Made by a program: the position numbers and the translations under genes
NCBI GenBank assembly: GCA_036172245.1
Contig: JAYWIR010000004.1
Span: 3,038,001 to 3,102,000, forward strand
Direction: 5' to 3'
Length of the DNA: 64,000 nt
DNA from: Raillietiella orientalis
Lineage: Eukaryota
The notes under the pieces: generated by a model
Databases searched by the model: none
The model's input: the letters and a program-made list of their open reading frames with translations, nothing else
Told to the model about the DNA's origin: nothing
Shown here: positions 35,591 through 47,924 of the stretch, in pieces
Layout of the letters: the number at the start of each line of letters is the position of its first letter
Position numbering within the stretch: position 1 is the first letter of the stretch

Positions 35591-37171
35591 GGTAGGAGCA
35601 GTGGGCGGAGCCACATCATGAGTACTTGGCGTGTTAAGGATACAAGATTCCTTTTCAGAAGGGCACTTAAATGCAACCTTATTTATCCCTTTTTAAGTGC
35701 TGAGAAAAAGTTCAGGATATCGGTCGGGAAGCGAAGTGGAAATGCCGATGTCCGAGAGTGGAGCCTCGTTACCGGAAAAATGATGGCACCGAACAGAGTC
35801 GGGTGCTCCGTGGCTGAGTGTCTGATCTTCTGGTTTCTTGGTAAGTCACGAATTCCCTCTTTCCTGTTTCGAGGTGGACACGTCCCAGGATTCCGCGGTT
35901 TTGGCATGGGAGCTCGGGTCGCGGGGCACTCTGGGAGAGGTCGAAGGGAAGGGTGCTGACAGTACAGCCGTGTTTTCCTTCGCTTCTTCCTTTCGCACCT
36001 TTCGAACGTTGGGGCGATGAGGTGGAACGCTGGGCAAGCTTTTTGAAAGTCTTGCTTCCTGAAACGGGTCCCGTTGCTAGACGATGGTTTGGTTCTCGCT
36101 AAGGGAAGGATTAGACCGGAAGGGGCATGTCCCTTCTGTCCCGTTCCTAAGGCTTTCGTCCTTCGAAGAGCCACCCAATCCATAGGAAAGGATGGCACTA
36201 CTGAAAGGATGCTCCTTCTTCAGAAGGAGGGAAGCACATTCCTGTGATCACCGGAAACAACGGTGGAAACAATCTGGCTCTTTGGTGCTGTTTTGGAAAG
36301 CTTATCTAGGGCTACAAAACTCCAAGGAAAAACTTCCTCCTCCTTCCGGGGATCCCAGTGATTCAGTGACCCGGTGATCTTCGTTAGCTGTCGATATATA
36401 TTCGGACTGTTCGATTCTTTTGAAGAGGCAGCAGCGGCGTCTAAGCTGGCTGGTCATCAGTGTAAAGAGCTTTGGAGGAAACTCGGATAATTTCCATTCG
36501 AATACCTACCTCAAGGGAAGTAGGGGTCTAGATTGGGATCGGATCGTTACATGACAGGATAAGAAAAAAAATTTGCGCTCGCTCTCGTAACGAACGGATC
36601 ATCTTACGGTCGCGCCAAATCCCATCAACCCAAGACCTCATCACGGAAGCTTCATTGCCAACATTTCTGTATTAAAATGCTCATCCGTCGAATTTGCTGG
36701 TTCAACAGCAGTCCGTACGCGTGTTTGTCGACTCCGTCTTGCCCCATAATTCAGGCTTGCTGTAACTGAGGCAACCGAGACTTGGATGAGAATTCGGAGG
36801 AGCCTGTCGAGGAGAGATCACTGCTGCTAGATGATTTATGGTCCTGAGAAGAAGAAGAAAGTCTGTAAGAAAGAAGTCTGTAAGAAATTCTTCGCCACGA
36901 TCACTCTCTCCGCATCCTCATTGAGCCCCCTTGGTGCGGGCTGCATGGAGATTTTCCATTTCTGTGAGCGGCTGTAGAGACCATGGTCCATTCGAAGCTC
37001 TCGCTTCAGCTGCACTTCGAGACTCGCAAACCTCATCCTGCAGGACCTCCAGGACCTCCATTGAGTTTCGACCCTGTTCTTGAGTTTCCATGGTGAAAGT
37101 ATAACACGGTGTGTGGCGTCGTGCGTGTAACGTTCTCCTGGTGAATTGTACACGAAGCAAATTCAGATAGA

Positions 37172-37548
37172 CGTCCCGGCTCCCGAGGCTGGTGGTAGAA
37201 AGACCGGGAAGGAGCCAGCAAAGATTAGGAAAACATTAGGAAAAAAAGGCAAAAAAAAAAAAAAAAAGGCGGAAGGAGAAGGAGAGTGTTCCACGTTCAA
37301 AACCTCCAAAGTTTTGGAGGAGGTGCACCCGGACGTGCATACCTCGAACAGGACCATGTCCATCTTCGAGGGACAGCTTCGTAAAAGACATCGTTGCAGC
37401 AGCGTCCCTCCTGTCGCACAACATCAAGCGCACCACCAGCCGAGAGGTATGGACGACAGCGGTGAGTCGGCTGCTGCCCAGGCAACTGGCCAAGCAGGCC
37501 GTTCCGGCAGTCACGAAAGAGGTGACCAAGTGTACGACCCCGAAGTGA
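37172..37548 (+). pseudogene. H2B: Histone H2B pseudogene (intronless, frameshifted, no ATG)
   Basis: Lys-rich tail (GKKGKKKK; KRRKEKES in a second frame). KVLEEVHPDVHTSNRTMSI corresponds to KVLKQVHPDTGISSKAMSI. After a frameshift, SFVKDIVAAASLLSHNIKRTTSREVWTTAVSRLLPRQLAKQAVPAVTKEVTKCTTPK* corresponds to [51 protein letters not shown]..K*. Stop TGA at 37546-37548. Confidence 0.9.
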
Positions 37549-40500
37549 GCACCGTTCAGCTGCTATTGGCCCATCACCTCTCTCGACTAAACATTCGGTG
37601 CTTCTGCCGGAAGTGGACCCCGAAACCCGTTCTTCGACACGGGAACGGATACATCCTTTTGTAGAAATGATCAGAGTGCTGAAGCTGGAGCACTGGCTGT
37701 TCTCTCCTTTACCATTTCCGACTGACAGCAGCGGAAAACCATTTTTTCCACCGGAGAGGAAGACCATTCTGGGATGAGGGGTGGAGGACTTGCTATTTGA
37801 GTGAAGTCCTTCTTCGTGTCAGCTCACTATTTTCCTCAGGATACGAGAGAGAAAAGTCCTTCTCTCTTTCCCAGATGGAGAATGCAGTGTTTTGACACTT
37901 TTATGGGAGCATCGCGGTATTATAGTCTGTGTGTCTATGTTGCTGGTGAGAAAGAAAAGATGACCTCTGGGGTCAAGCGCCTCCATGTTGCCAGCGGAGG
38001 TAGCACGCACATGCATTACGAAAGCTTCCTCCCACAGAGATTTCGAATGGGAAGCTCCTCCACAAAGACAGAAATAGAAGGAACGTCTGCCTTTCTCCTG
38101 TTCTGCCGCTCTCCACTTTAGCGACAGGGTGGGCGAATTCCTCCCACTCGCAGGTCAGGGATTCGCTGCTTCCGTGAAGACGTCTTGAAGACAATAGTTT
38201 GACGGAAGGTTATGTTGCGGAAGAAACGGGCGCTACTGGATCTTCGGGGAAGCACTTTTTCAAGCGGTTCTCCCCCCCCCACACACACACAGAGCAATCC
38301 ACGAACCGTCCCTGATGCTATTCCCTTGGATGCTGCTGTGGTGCTGCTGCTGAATATTTGTGCATTGCTCTCGAGTCCCTTGGACGTCTGCACGTCTTGT
38401 TTTCCCAGTCAGAAGGTGTTGACCATCTGACTGAGAAAACAAGCCGGTGGTGGTGAACCTGGCGCGCGCGACGTTTCTAAAACCGGAACTGCAGGAGCGA
38501 AGTGGAGGACAGGGGTCATCGCGAGGACTTCTTCGCACAGAGGAAGAGGTTCCTGGTCCTCCACAGGGGGCAGACCGATCCGTCAGTTTTCCGTCTTCCG
38601 AAAAGGAAACTCCGCAGCTGTTCCGACACGGCCACTGTGCACGTGCCAGCGGTTGCGGAGTCCCGTGCGCGCATGCTTGCGGCGTCCGAGCGAACCTCCG
38701 CGAGAGCGCGCAGCGGCTGCCGACTCCCGAAAACACGAAATCCAGGCACTACGTGCACGTTGAGCATCGTTCCCAAGCTTTCTTAACTTTGAAATTCATC
38801 AAAACTTCTCAGGTCGCACGAGGACAAATTTCATTGTATGCCGTTTGTCCAGTTGATTGCGAGGAACGCGCGTTTGCTTTTGCTATTAGAAACCGTGCAC
38901 ATGGCGCCGAAGTTAGGCGCGGAAGAAAGTATAGACACCAAGACTGGTCGTTACGTTCGTCGTTACGAGCTGCCTTCCTTGCTCGCGAAGATGGCAGCTT
39001 CCCTTGGAACGGCATTCCGTGAAACTTACTGACAAAGGTAAATTTCGCGTTACTCTTGGATACGCTTAGAAATGTGCAGAGCTCCGTCATTCCACGAATG
39101 CTGCTTTGGGGACATATCGTTATTATAATTCAGAAACTCCCGTGGCTGCCAAGCAAATCGACCAAAATGCGGGAAAGTGGCGTTTCTTCATCGGACCGTG
39201 AGTGGGGGGGGCCCTGCCCTTACTGAGTTGTGCATGGTTTACAATTTGAGGAACAGCACTTCTAGAACGTTGAATTGCACGTTGTTCGCCTTCTCCATCC
39301 ACCCGTGGAAACAACACGGGCGACCTTGAGGATGTGGAAACAAACGCAACTTCAACCGTGTTGTTTACAAGGATCCGCTTCCCAGCAACAGAAACTGATG
39401 AAATCAATTTCTTCCCGGCCACATTCCATGTCTTTTTTTCTTGAAGAAAAAAAATTGCGACGATACCACTTTTGACAATTAAATTTTATGCTTCAACTTT
39501 TCTTTCTCCAAGAGTGATGTGGAAAAATATGAAACATTTCGTGGTTTTGCATTTTACTGAAGAGAAACACCACGAGAAAGCTTGGAGCCTGTGCAGAGCA
39601 CGACCTTCTTATTCAAAAAGTCCTCGAAAAATATCGGAATATGCTGATTTCTCCAGAGGTATTCTTCTCATGGTCTTGTCGCTCCCAAATGATAATGACG
39701 TCTAATCGGTACCGAAACAACGAGTGTCCGTGAAACCATGGCAACTTGCATGATTTCTGCGTCGGTTTTTCTGCGTGCAACCACCACGTCGGCCTCTCTT
39801 AGCACAAGGAAAGGAAGCTGAGAAGTATTGCTGCAACTGCTTTTTTTTTCAAAACACAATCTGTCTAATGGTACTTGATATCCAGAACCAGTACCCTTCC
39901 TCTGACTTTTCCGGGTTTTCTCACGCGTTTTCACGGCAACGAGCTCAAATGCTAAATGAGAGCTCGGAGTGGGAAATCTCATCGCGGCTTGCAAGGCACA
40001 TGACGTGCTAAGACTGTAGGAGCGGGCTTTTGGCAAGCGTTCGCAGAAAAAGCGATGTGAGCATCGCAAGATGGGAAGGAAGCATCGAGCGTGGGTTACT
40101 GTGGGGACTCGAGCAGTCGCCATCAGGATCAAAAGCAGAAACTCTCTGATGGCCATCGGAAAAGATTGCGCTTTTCCCGAGCATGACCAGTGAACGGACG
40201 GAAGAGTGTTTTCCCGAATTGCAATACATGCCGCCATCAGAGGATTAGGGTGGGCAGTGGTCATTTCCTGATCCTTCACTCTTTCAGGTGTCACACCTTT
40301 CAGTGATACACCCAAGAGGCAGATGCGATTCGCTTCCTCCCACACACGTTATCGGGGCGCTGCTGTCCACAGGGCAACATGCCACAGAGCTGAGGGTGAA
40401 GAACCTTTCTACAAGTAGAGAATTCTAGAGAAGCGGTTTGCTTGAGAAAGCGAATCCTGATGGCTTACAAACTGCTTGTGAGCCAGGTGCACGGGCCGGG

Positions 40501-43500
40501 GTACAAATCACCTCATGCTTCGCCCCTGAGAAACTGGGGCTTGGGACCCTGCGTTGTGACAGTCGCGTGATGGGCGGCGAATGTCCCCCACGGAAAAGCA
40601 AGTCCCGTACAAGACACGGGTAGAAAGTCATCGCAAATGTGCGATAGCATACTTGCAATGCATGTGCACTTCGCTCCTGATGTGCCACTTGACATTTCTA
40701 CCTCTTTGAGCAGCTTCTCGGGGAGGTGAGTGGCCCCATTCTTCGCCCTCGATGGCAGTGGCCTGTATCCCTACAAACAGGCCATTCATTGTGCTCCATC
40801 CCTCTCCTTGCGTCCATTGTCCGTTGATTCACCGTTGGACTCCCGGAAATGAGGAACACTTGCAGATTCTGCTTCCCTTCTGTCGCTCCCATTTAGATAA
40901 AGGCTCTCGAGGAACTCTTTCTGGCGCTTGGCAGGTTCTCTGTTGAGCATCCAAGCATCTGATTCCATTCATCTAGAAGATGCTGTTGTCCCTGCACATG
41001 TCGAGTCGCTCACGCTCGTCAGCTCCAACGAGTGGCAGGTTGAACGACAGAGAAGGAGCATTCTGCGTCACTGTATTCTTCGTTCTTCCTCTTCCTGTCC
41101 TGCTCCATGCTCGCTTCATGTCCTGGACGGACCCTGCGTGCTGCAGCTATCGCAGGTTACTATGACGCCATCCACCGGAACTATCTTGAGAATATGCTGC
41201 CGCTACCATCTGGTATGAGCTTGTGTGGAAGCAAAATGGGGCGAGTGAGAGGGACTATGCTCACCTTCCGCCCATCGCAAAAAGCCGAGCCCATCCAACG
41301 AGGAGGGAGGGTGAAAGCGTGAACCTCCCTCGAACAGAATGGACATAGGGAGATCCGCGCTCGTTTCGGGAGTCATTTCTCCTGAGGCGAGGCAATACAC
41401 GCTGGGTGGATGTTCCCTCCTCCTTCAAGCTCGAAAAACCCGCTGCTCTGCAACCACTTTGAGTGGCTGCCTACTACCATCGTTGTCGTTCACAAAAGAA
41501 GTATTCAAAGAGGGACTGCAGAAAAGGGAGCACAGCCTCAAAGGAAGGAAACTCTTGTTCCAAAGACATCTCCGGAAAGGACGAATCTAATGAACGCTTC
41601 GGTGAAGCAAAAAGGAAGAGAAATGCCCCAGGAAGATGTATTAAAAATTCAGCACGAAGAGGCTGAAGAGTCATGAGGAAGCGAAAGGACGAGACGGAAT
41701 CATTACGAAGATACAGGAATTCTGGAGGTGGAAGAGGACGCGCGTTGCACTTGGACATGTTCCCGTGCATCAGGGGGCATTATGGGAGCCCACGAGAGAA
41801 AAGAGTAGACGAGACAACTGTAGGGTGGCTTTTCTTCGAGAGCAGAAGCAGCTGTCATGATGCGGCGCAGAGCATGCTGCAATCAGACAATAGTTTTCCC
41901 ATGAGAGCAACAAAATGATGCTTGCTGGTGACCTGAGAAAGACAGAAAGAAAGGAAAGGGGTCTGCATTCAAACAGCAATGTGGTGGAGGAGGCAGCCAA
42001 GAACTTGACTGTGTCTTGGGGCTGAGTAGGGAGTCGTCCTGACGAGCGGAAGAGAGTGGAATGTTTTCATTTCTCCCTGCAATGCTGGGAACGCAAAGAG
42101 CAGGAAGGAGACGCCGGAGATCCGAGGGAATGTAGCATCCCGAGAACTTAACGAGACTGTTCATTAATGGTGTTCCGGGACTCCGAACCGATTGCTTTCC
42201 TCCGGGCGAAGACAGAAAGTTTCATGTAGCAGTTGCAGCGTAGGTAGACTGCCGCAACTGTTGAATGAAACAAGGGTGCGGTGGGTCGAGGATCCGTGTA
42301 ACAGCAAGCAGCCGTTTGCCGCACCTCCGGAAGCGCTTAGCATTCTACCGCAGAAGAGACCGGCGGGCGTGGCGAGCAAGGCTGAAAGAGCCATCGTCGA
42401 CATTCGGATTCTGCTGCCGCTCATTCGACAGTTCTGTTCGCGTCTCGAAGCAACGAAACGGCACCACTGGCGAACCAACGATGAGGGCAGTTGCTGCTCG
42501 TGCTGGCCTGGAAGTCTTCGGTTCCGAGCTTCTGATTTTTGATCCTCCGCCCGCCAAACGACCCGGAACCGCCTGTATGCGTCCTCGCTTTATGGTGTTT
42601 CCCGTTTCCGGAAACCTTTAAAGCAGAATGGCAGTGGTAGCAATGGCGTGCTAGCCAAGTAAACCAGGGCGAACTGCGATTGTAGGGACTGAAAGGAAGA
42701 CAACGCAGAAATGACGGTAACCGACAAGACAAACGACAAGCAACCTAACAAACGGCTGCTGCGGAGCCCCGATCTGGCCACTCTTGGTGAATCCGGCGAG
42801 GAATGGACAGGGAACCTGCCTCAGAAATAAAAGCGAGGAAGAAAACCATACAAGCTCGGAAACTCGTCCCGCATTCCCGATCCTATCCGAAGAAGTGATG
42901 TGTCGGAACTGAAGGGTCCGAGTTGTCCACGGGGAAGGCAACGAACACACTCGCTACGACTCTCGAGAATGGTCCACGTGAGCCTGCGAGTCTGCCCCTC
43001 GCGCAGCTTGAGCAAAAGGACGAGGCAGGCAGACAAGGGCACTTCCCCTTCTTACAGGGAAGGAGGAGGCAATTCAGGGTGGAGCAGTTGGAGGTTCATC
43101 TGCCTCGGCCGGCTTTCCCAAGGAGGGAGGGAAACTCCAGTTATTTCTGGTCTTCGTGGTGTTCGGCAAGCGCGAGTATCGTATCACCACACGATGCCTT
43201 CGTTGGAGAGGTCGACGGAAGTGGAACAAACGACCAAGAAGCGGCACCACAAGCACGTGGATGCACGGCGGGAAGGCAAACATACAGAAGAATGAATAAC
43301 TCAAGGAAGGAGTACTCGAGCTCAACATTCGGGGACGCAGCAATCGACCTTCAGCCCCACACACAGTTTAGCGTAAGTCTTGCGGACGTCCCTCCTCACG
43401 AAGCATTCGGCTCAATGCATTGGGCAGCACAGAACATTTTTTTTTCTTTTTGTTTTTAACGGGAGGAATGCCTCCGATTGGTGGATTTCATCCATGCGGC

Positions 43501-44379
43501 ACTACAGAGCCTGCTGCCTGTACGGGCATCGCCCACCAGGAACGACACTACTGGCGGAAGATGAGGAAGGTGGAAGAATCGCTAGGCAGCATCCTCAGGA
43601 GATGCTTGTCATGACTACGACGATCAGGGAGATGTCAGGAACAGCTGGTAACTCAGATAGAGAGGGCTATTCTGAAAATTCGTAGCCTCCAGCCAGACTA
43701 TTTCGGGGAAGGTACTCAGCGTCGAAGCCAGATCCAGTGCTTCAGGGAGAAGCGAAGGCGGTCGCGATGGACGTTGTTGTTGTTTGCTGCTATGGGTATT
43801 CCTCATCAACGGTGTTGGAAGAGCCAAGACACAAGAGAGAAGGGGAAAGCGTCCTCCACTTTGCCTACGAGGGATGCTTGCTGTTGTGAGAGATCGTGGT
43901 GGTATCTCTGGGATCCTGGCATCCGAGGAATGATAAAGCGTTGAGGGGAACCGGAAATTCCCAAGAAGCAGATGGGACTCATGAGGAGAGATATGGCACG
44001 CTCGGGAAGTCTCCTCCTGCTGCATGTCAGAGTATCTTAGCAGGGTCCAGAAGTTCAATAAGGCGCGAAGGATTTGGGATGTGTTTTTTTTTTTTTTCAT
44101 GGGAGAGAGGGAGGGAGAGAGAGGGGGGAGGGATCTGGTCATTACGTAGAGAATAAGAAGGTCTTCCTTGAAGAGATCCACGGACGCATTTCAATGACGC
44201 GATTTGTCTTTCTGTTCTAGTTATTGATGCACTTTCAGCAAAAAAACAGGAAGAAGGGGAGAAGTGGGGAGGGGAGAGCTTAATGGAAAGGAAATTTTGC
44301 TAAGAGCTCACTCCGCGCTTCCAGCATTCGTATAAACAGGTTGCGCCCCTGTGGAAAGGAGGGTCAGGGAAATGCCACC

Positions 44380-44800
44380 TCTTCTCTTGAGGCTTGGCCA
44401 TAGGGATTTCTCGCCTCGCATGCTGCAGGGAGACGAAGGGTTGGTTCTCGGTGGGGAGCCGATGGCAGCAGCACTGGGAGGCCTGCCTCTCCCTTCTCTA
44501 CCCTTCCGAGCAGGCAAGGGCCTTGTCTTCAGGGTCTGCTCCAGTCGCCGGACGCGCTTCCGCGTAGGCCTGATGTCGGAGTACACTCTGGGCGAGATTG
44601 AGGGACACCGCCGCGTGCGGCCACCCTCCGAGGACGCCCTCGGTGGACTCGACCTACAGCAGTTTGCCGATATCTCTCAGGAATTTTTCCACCCCGAGAT
44701 CAGACCGGTAATCCTGCTCGTTTGCCCCGACTCTTTTGAGTGTCGTTGGCCGTTCTTGCGGTGGTGGTCCGCGCGGATGAATTTTTCGCGTGTATAGAAA
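44380..44800 (-). mobile_element. Possible decayed LINE ORF1 (gag-like) remnant
   Basis: DLGVEKFLRDIGKLL*V followed by degenerate Cys/His knuckle-like stretches in shifting frames. Weak similarity only. Confidence 0.25.
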
Positions 44801-46419
44801 TTCCTCAGGAGGTGACGCAGTCCGGCTCGGGTTCTGTCCGGAGAAGTTGGAGATTTCGGAAAGGAGAGGCAGCACCTGACCTTTGGTCCTCAGGTTCCGG
44901 AGCAGCCTGGAGTCGCGAGCAAGGGGGAGGCATCGCCGGGTTTCCGTCGATGGGATCGGAAGCGTCCATCTTGCCGTTGCGCTCCGCCTCCCCTGACTCG
45001 AAGCACGAAAGTGCACGTGGAGTCCGGGGAGACGACGTCTTCCCGCCGAAAGCGACGCCTCTTCAGCGATGGGCTTGTACCCACGTTGAGGGAATTCGTC
45101 GGTCCCGGTGGCTGCGCGCGGGACGACCAGAGAACATCGGGATAGTGCGCATCTGCGTAGCGCTCCCGACACCCTCCCCCCTTGCAACAGCAGCACGGGA
45201 AAGATCCTGAGCTGAGGACATCTCGTCGGGCCGGCCCCTGTCTCCACGGTGGTGTGCCACCTGCCGAGATCTGCTCTTCGTCCTCGTTGGACTCCCCAGG
45301 GATCCTCTCCGGCAAGATCTCGAGATGTCTCAACGATCCGAGCTGCACTCGCGTACCCGGCGGTTGAGTCTGGGATTCCCCGGATGACCTTGCGGGGAGA
45401 GGCATCCGCCGCCAGCTGCACATAAGGACCGTCGCGAGTCCGAATGCATCCGGGTTGGCCCCTCCCCTCCTCGGATCCCCGCCACCTCCTCTTCTGTTCC
45501 ATCTCCGGAAGCGAGATTCCTGGATAAGCGCTCGAAACGGGCGTCCGTTCGCCTCCCGATTAAAAATCATCACAGGGAGCGGCTCGTGCATCCGGGATGA
45601 TTCGCGCCTTGATGTGCGCCCGGCTTGTAAATGATCTCGAATTTTTGTCCCTTCGGCGTCGTTCCGTTCCCTCCCTCACTCGCATTCAGGAGACAGGGCC
45701 GCGTTGCCCGCTCCACGTGCTCTTCTCCGGCAGCGGAGACCTCAGTCCTGGGTTCCTCCCTGGCCGAACGGCACGCTCGGTCTGTGGGGAACCCCGGAAA
45801 CGGGAGAGTACGGGTCACGCATCCCTGGAGCCGGGGGTGGCGCGGGAGCCGCCCGCCAGTGTGGGACCCGCTCAGCGACAGCGCGTCGTCGTTGTCGCAG
45901 CAGCTTCCCACCCGATCCTCTGGGAAGGACTATCGCCCCGACGTTCCTCGGGGTTTATCCCACGCTCTCGGCTCAGGAACGGGGGAGAGCTGTTTCAGGC
46001 AAAGGGAGGCGGCGCTCCAGCAACGCCCCGGCAGCCAGGACGCAGTCTTCTTCCCCGGTGAAACCGACCCGGGTTCGGCCTGATTAATCCGAGAGATTTG
46101 GTGAGACGTCGCTGGATCCGACTTCCCTAGTATATCGGGGCGGTGCGCAAGTACCGCAAACCGTGGGAACCACACCCTCGAGCCGATGAGGAGCTCCTCC
46201 TCCCTGTCCACCCGGAAGATGGACCCGGCGATTTATTCATTATATAATAATATTAATTTTATTCCTGATTTTAATTATGTTATTTAAAGTGGAAAGTGGC
46301 CAATCGCGAAAAGGGCGAGCGGCATGGCGCGGTTTGGCGTACGGCGGCGGAGAGAAGGTGGTGCTCTGCGCAACCACCGGAGAGGGCGCAGCGCTCTCAC
46401 TTCCCCTGCTCAAAAGCAC

Positions 46420-47315
46420 AGGTGCTCTTAAAAACTGAAGTATACTACGAGATCTCGGGGAAAAAGAAGCAACTGGGATGCTGGACGGCACGTCAACTAG
46501 CTCACGCATGCAACCCCGCCGCCTTCCTCAAAGGAATTCATCGCGGGGTGAAACTTCTGGACATTCCTCCTGAAGACGCAGAAATATCCCCAGGGTTTGT
46601 GCACAGCTCCGCTCTTCCCCTGAAGCGGAAAAACTCGGCATTAAAGTTGTCGCACTGGGCGATCTTATGCAACGCACGAGTCCACCAGTGGACAAGGGGG
46701 AGTGAGGCCCTACACTGAGCCAGGTGCGGGGAATGGGAAACCTTCCTGCACCTGTTGTTGGATTGTGTTGCCCTCCTGAGTGTCCGGGAACGCTGACCTT
46801 CCCACTCCCGATGGATAACGGCAGAGAGGTTTTTCAACTCTCTCTTCACGAGCGACTCGATGTCTCTTGCAGCTTCCCTTGCAACCCTGTGCTGCCTTCG
46901 TGGGAATGTGGTGGTGAGAAGCCTTCCCGAAAGAGGCCAATCGAATAGTGAGTTCATCGCAGTGGTCTGCCCCTTTATGAGGAAGGCGACAAGATGGTCG
47001 CATCTTTGCCAGCGGGAGGAGGAAATTGCCAGCATCCTCCAAAAGATGTTGAGGACACCGGGAAAAAATCCATCTTCCTTCTCTTCCCCTCCCAACATTT
47101 GTTTTGTGCTTTTTAGTTTTTGTTTACCCCTTTCCCCACTTCTCCTGTGCGGACTTCATCGGGGGAGCTGCTCTCGAGAAGCAGCATCTCCGAGGCATCT
47201 CCCTTCGCAGTGGTGATGGGAAGCCACTACGGAGAAAGACATCTTTTAATATTTTATCTGTTTTTTTTGTTAATATTTTTTCTACAATAAACGGCCCGGT
47301 GTGACCGATTGAAAT
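46420..47315 (+). mobile_element. Decayed L1/Tx1-like LINE 3' portion (copy C)
   Basis: VHSSALPLKRKNSALKLSHWAILCNARVHQW, then DNA cacctgttgttggattgtgttgccctc (matches copies A and D). T-rich UTR, gcggacttcatcgg, and AATAAACGGCCCGG at 47286. Confidence 0.75.
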
Positions 47316-47588
47316 GAAGCAAAAGGGCTCCGGAAAACATCGGGATGTCTGACCGTGAGCTTCCTTTCCAGAAACAAGGAAGGGATTTCTGTCTCTGGTG
47401 GCATCCGCGACAGGTCTCTGTGCACCCACTGGTTAGTTTCGCGCTTTCCGAGGTCTTTTGCAGGTACTTCCGTGGAGTCCTCCTGCGACTCTAGGAGAAT
47501 CCTTTGCAAAGTGCTGATTCCAAAAGCAAAGCTCCTTCCTGCTGCATCTGCATCAGCATTTCCAAGCAGAAAGCTGAGGCTTCTGTAG

Positions 47589-47924
47589 ACCACCAGCACG
47601 AGCATTGGATCTCTATTTGAGGAGCTTCCGAAATGCCAAGGAAAAGCGGATGAGTCCCAAAAGGTAGGAGAGTGATCACAGGACCATTGGCTGGCAGATG
47701 AAAGACTGCTCGAAAGCTTTCTGCGCGCGTGCGGCCAATAGGAGGAGGGGATGGCTAGAGGTAGGATTGACCTTGAAGCGACACCGGAGAAACCTCTAAA
47801 GGCATCCTCTTTCTCTCCTTTTCAGGATGTCCAGGAGGCGGAGCAGGAGAGGATAGACGCTATTCTTGCTGCAAATGGCTGTCCGGAACTGCCCGTGCCA
47901 ACCGGGAAGTCCATGGCTTGCTAA
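47589..47924 (+). CDS. Candidate 3' exons of an unidentified spliced gene
   Basis: Three phase-0 open exons, 47589-47663, 47698-47760 and 47826-47924, joined by GT-AG introns of 34 and 65 nt (the latter with a strong pyrimidine tract). Translation: TTSTSIGSLFEELPKCQGKADESQK|MKDCSKAFCARAANRRRGWLE|DVQEAEQERIDAILAANGCPELPVPTGKSMAC*. No family recognised. Confidence 0.3.

Noticed and set aside
34200..36900. Possible minus-strand exons (His-run and Gln-run peptides)
   Set aside because: The runs derive from (GGT)n and (TTG)n microsatellites, and I could not build a phase-consistent gene model.
39600..43900. Cys-rich fragments suggestive of a MULE/SWIM transposase or other decayed element
   Set aside because: Motifs too degenerate to support by eye; needs a profile search.
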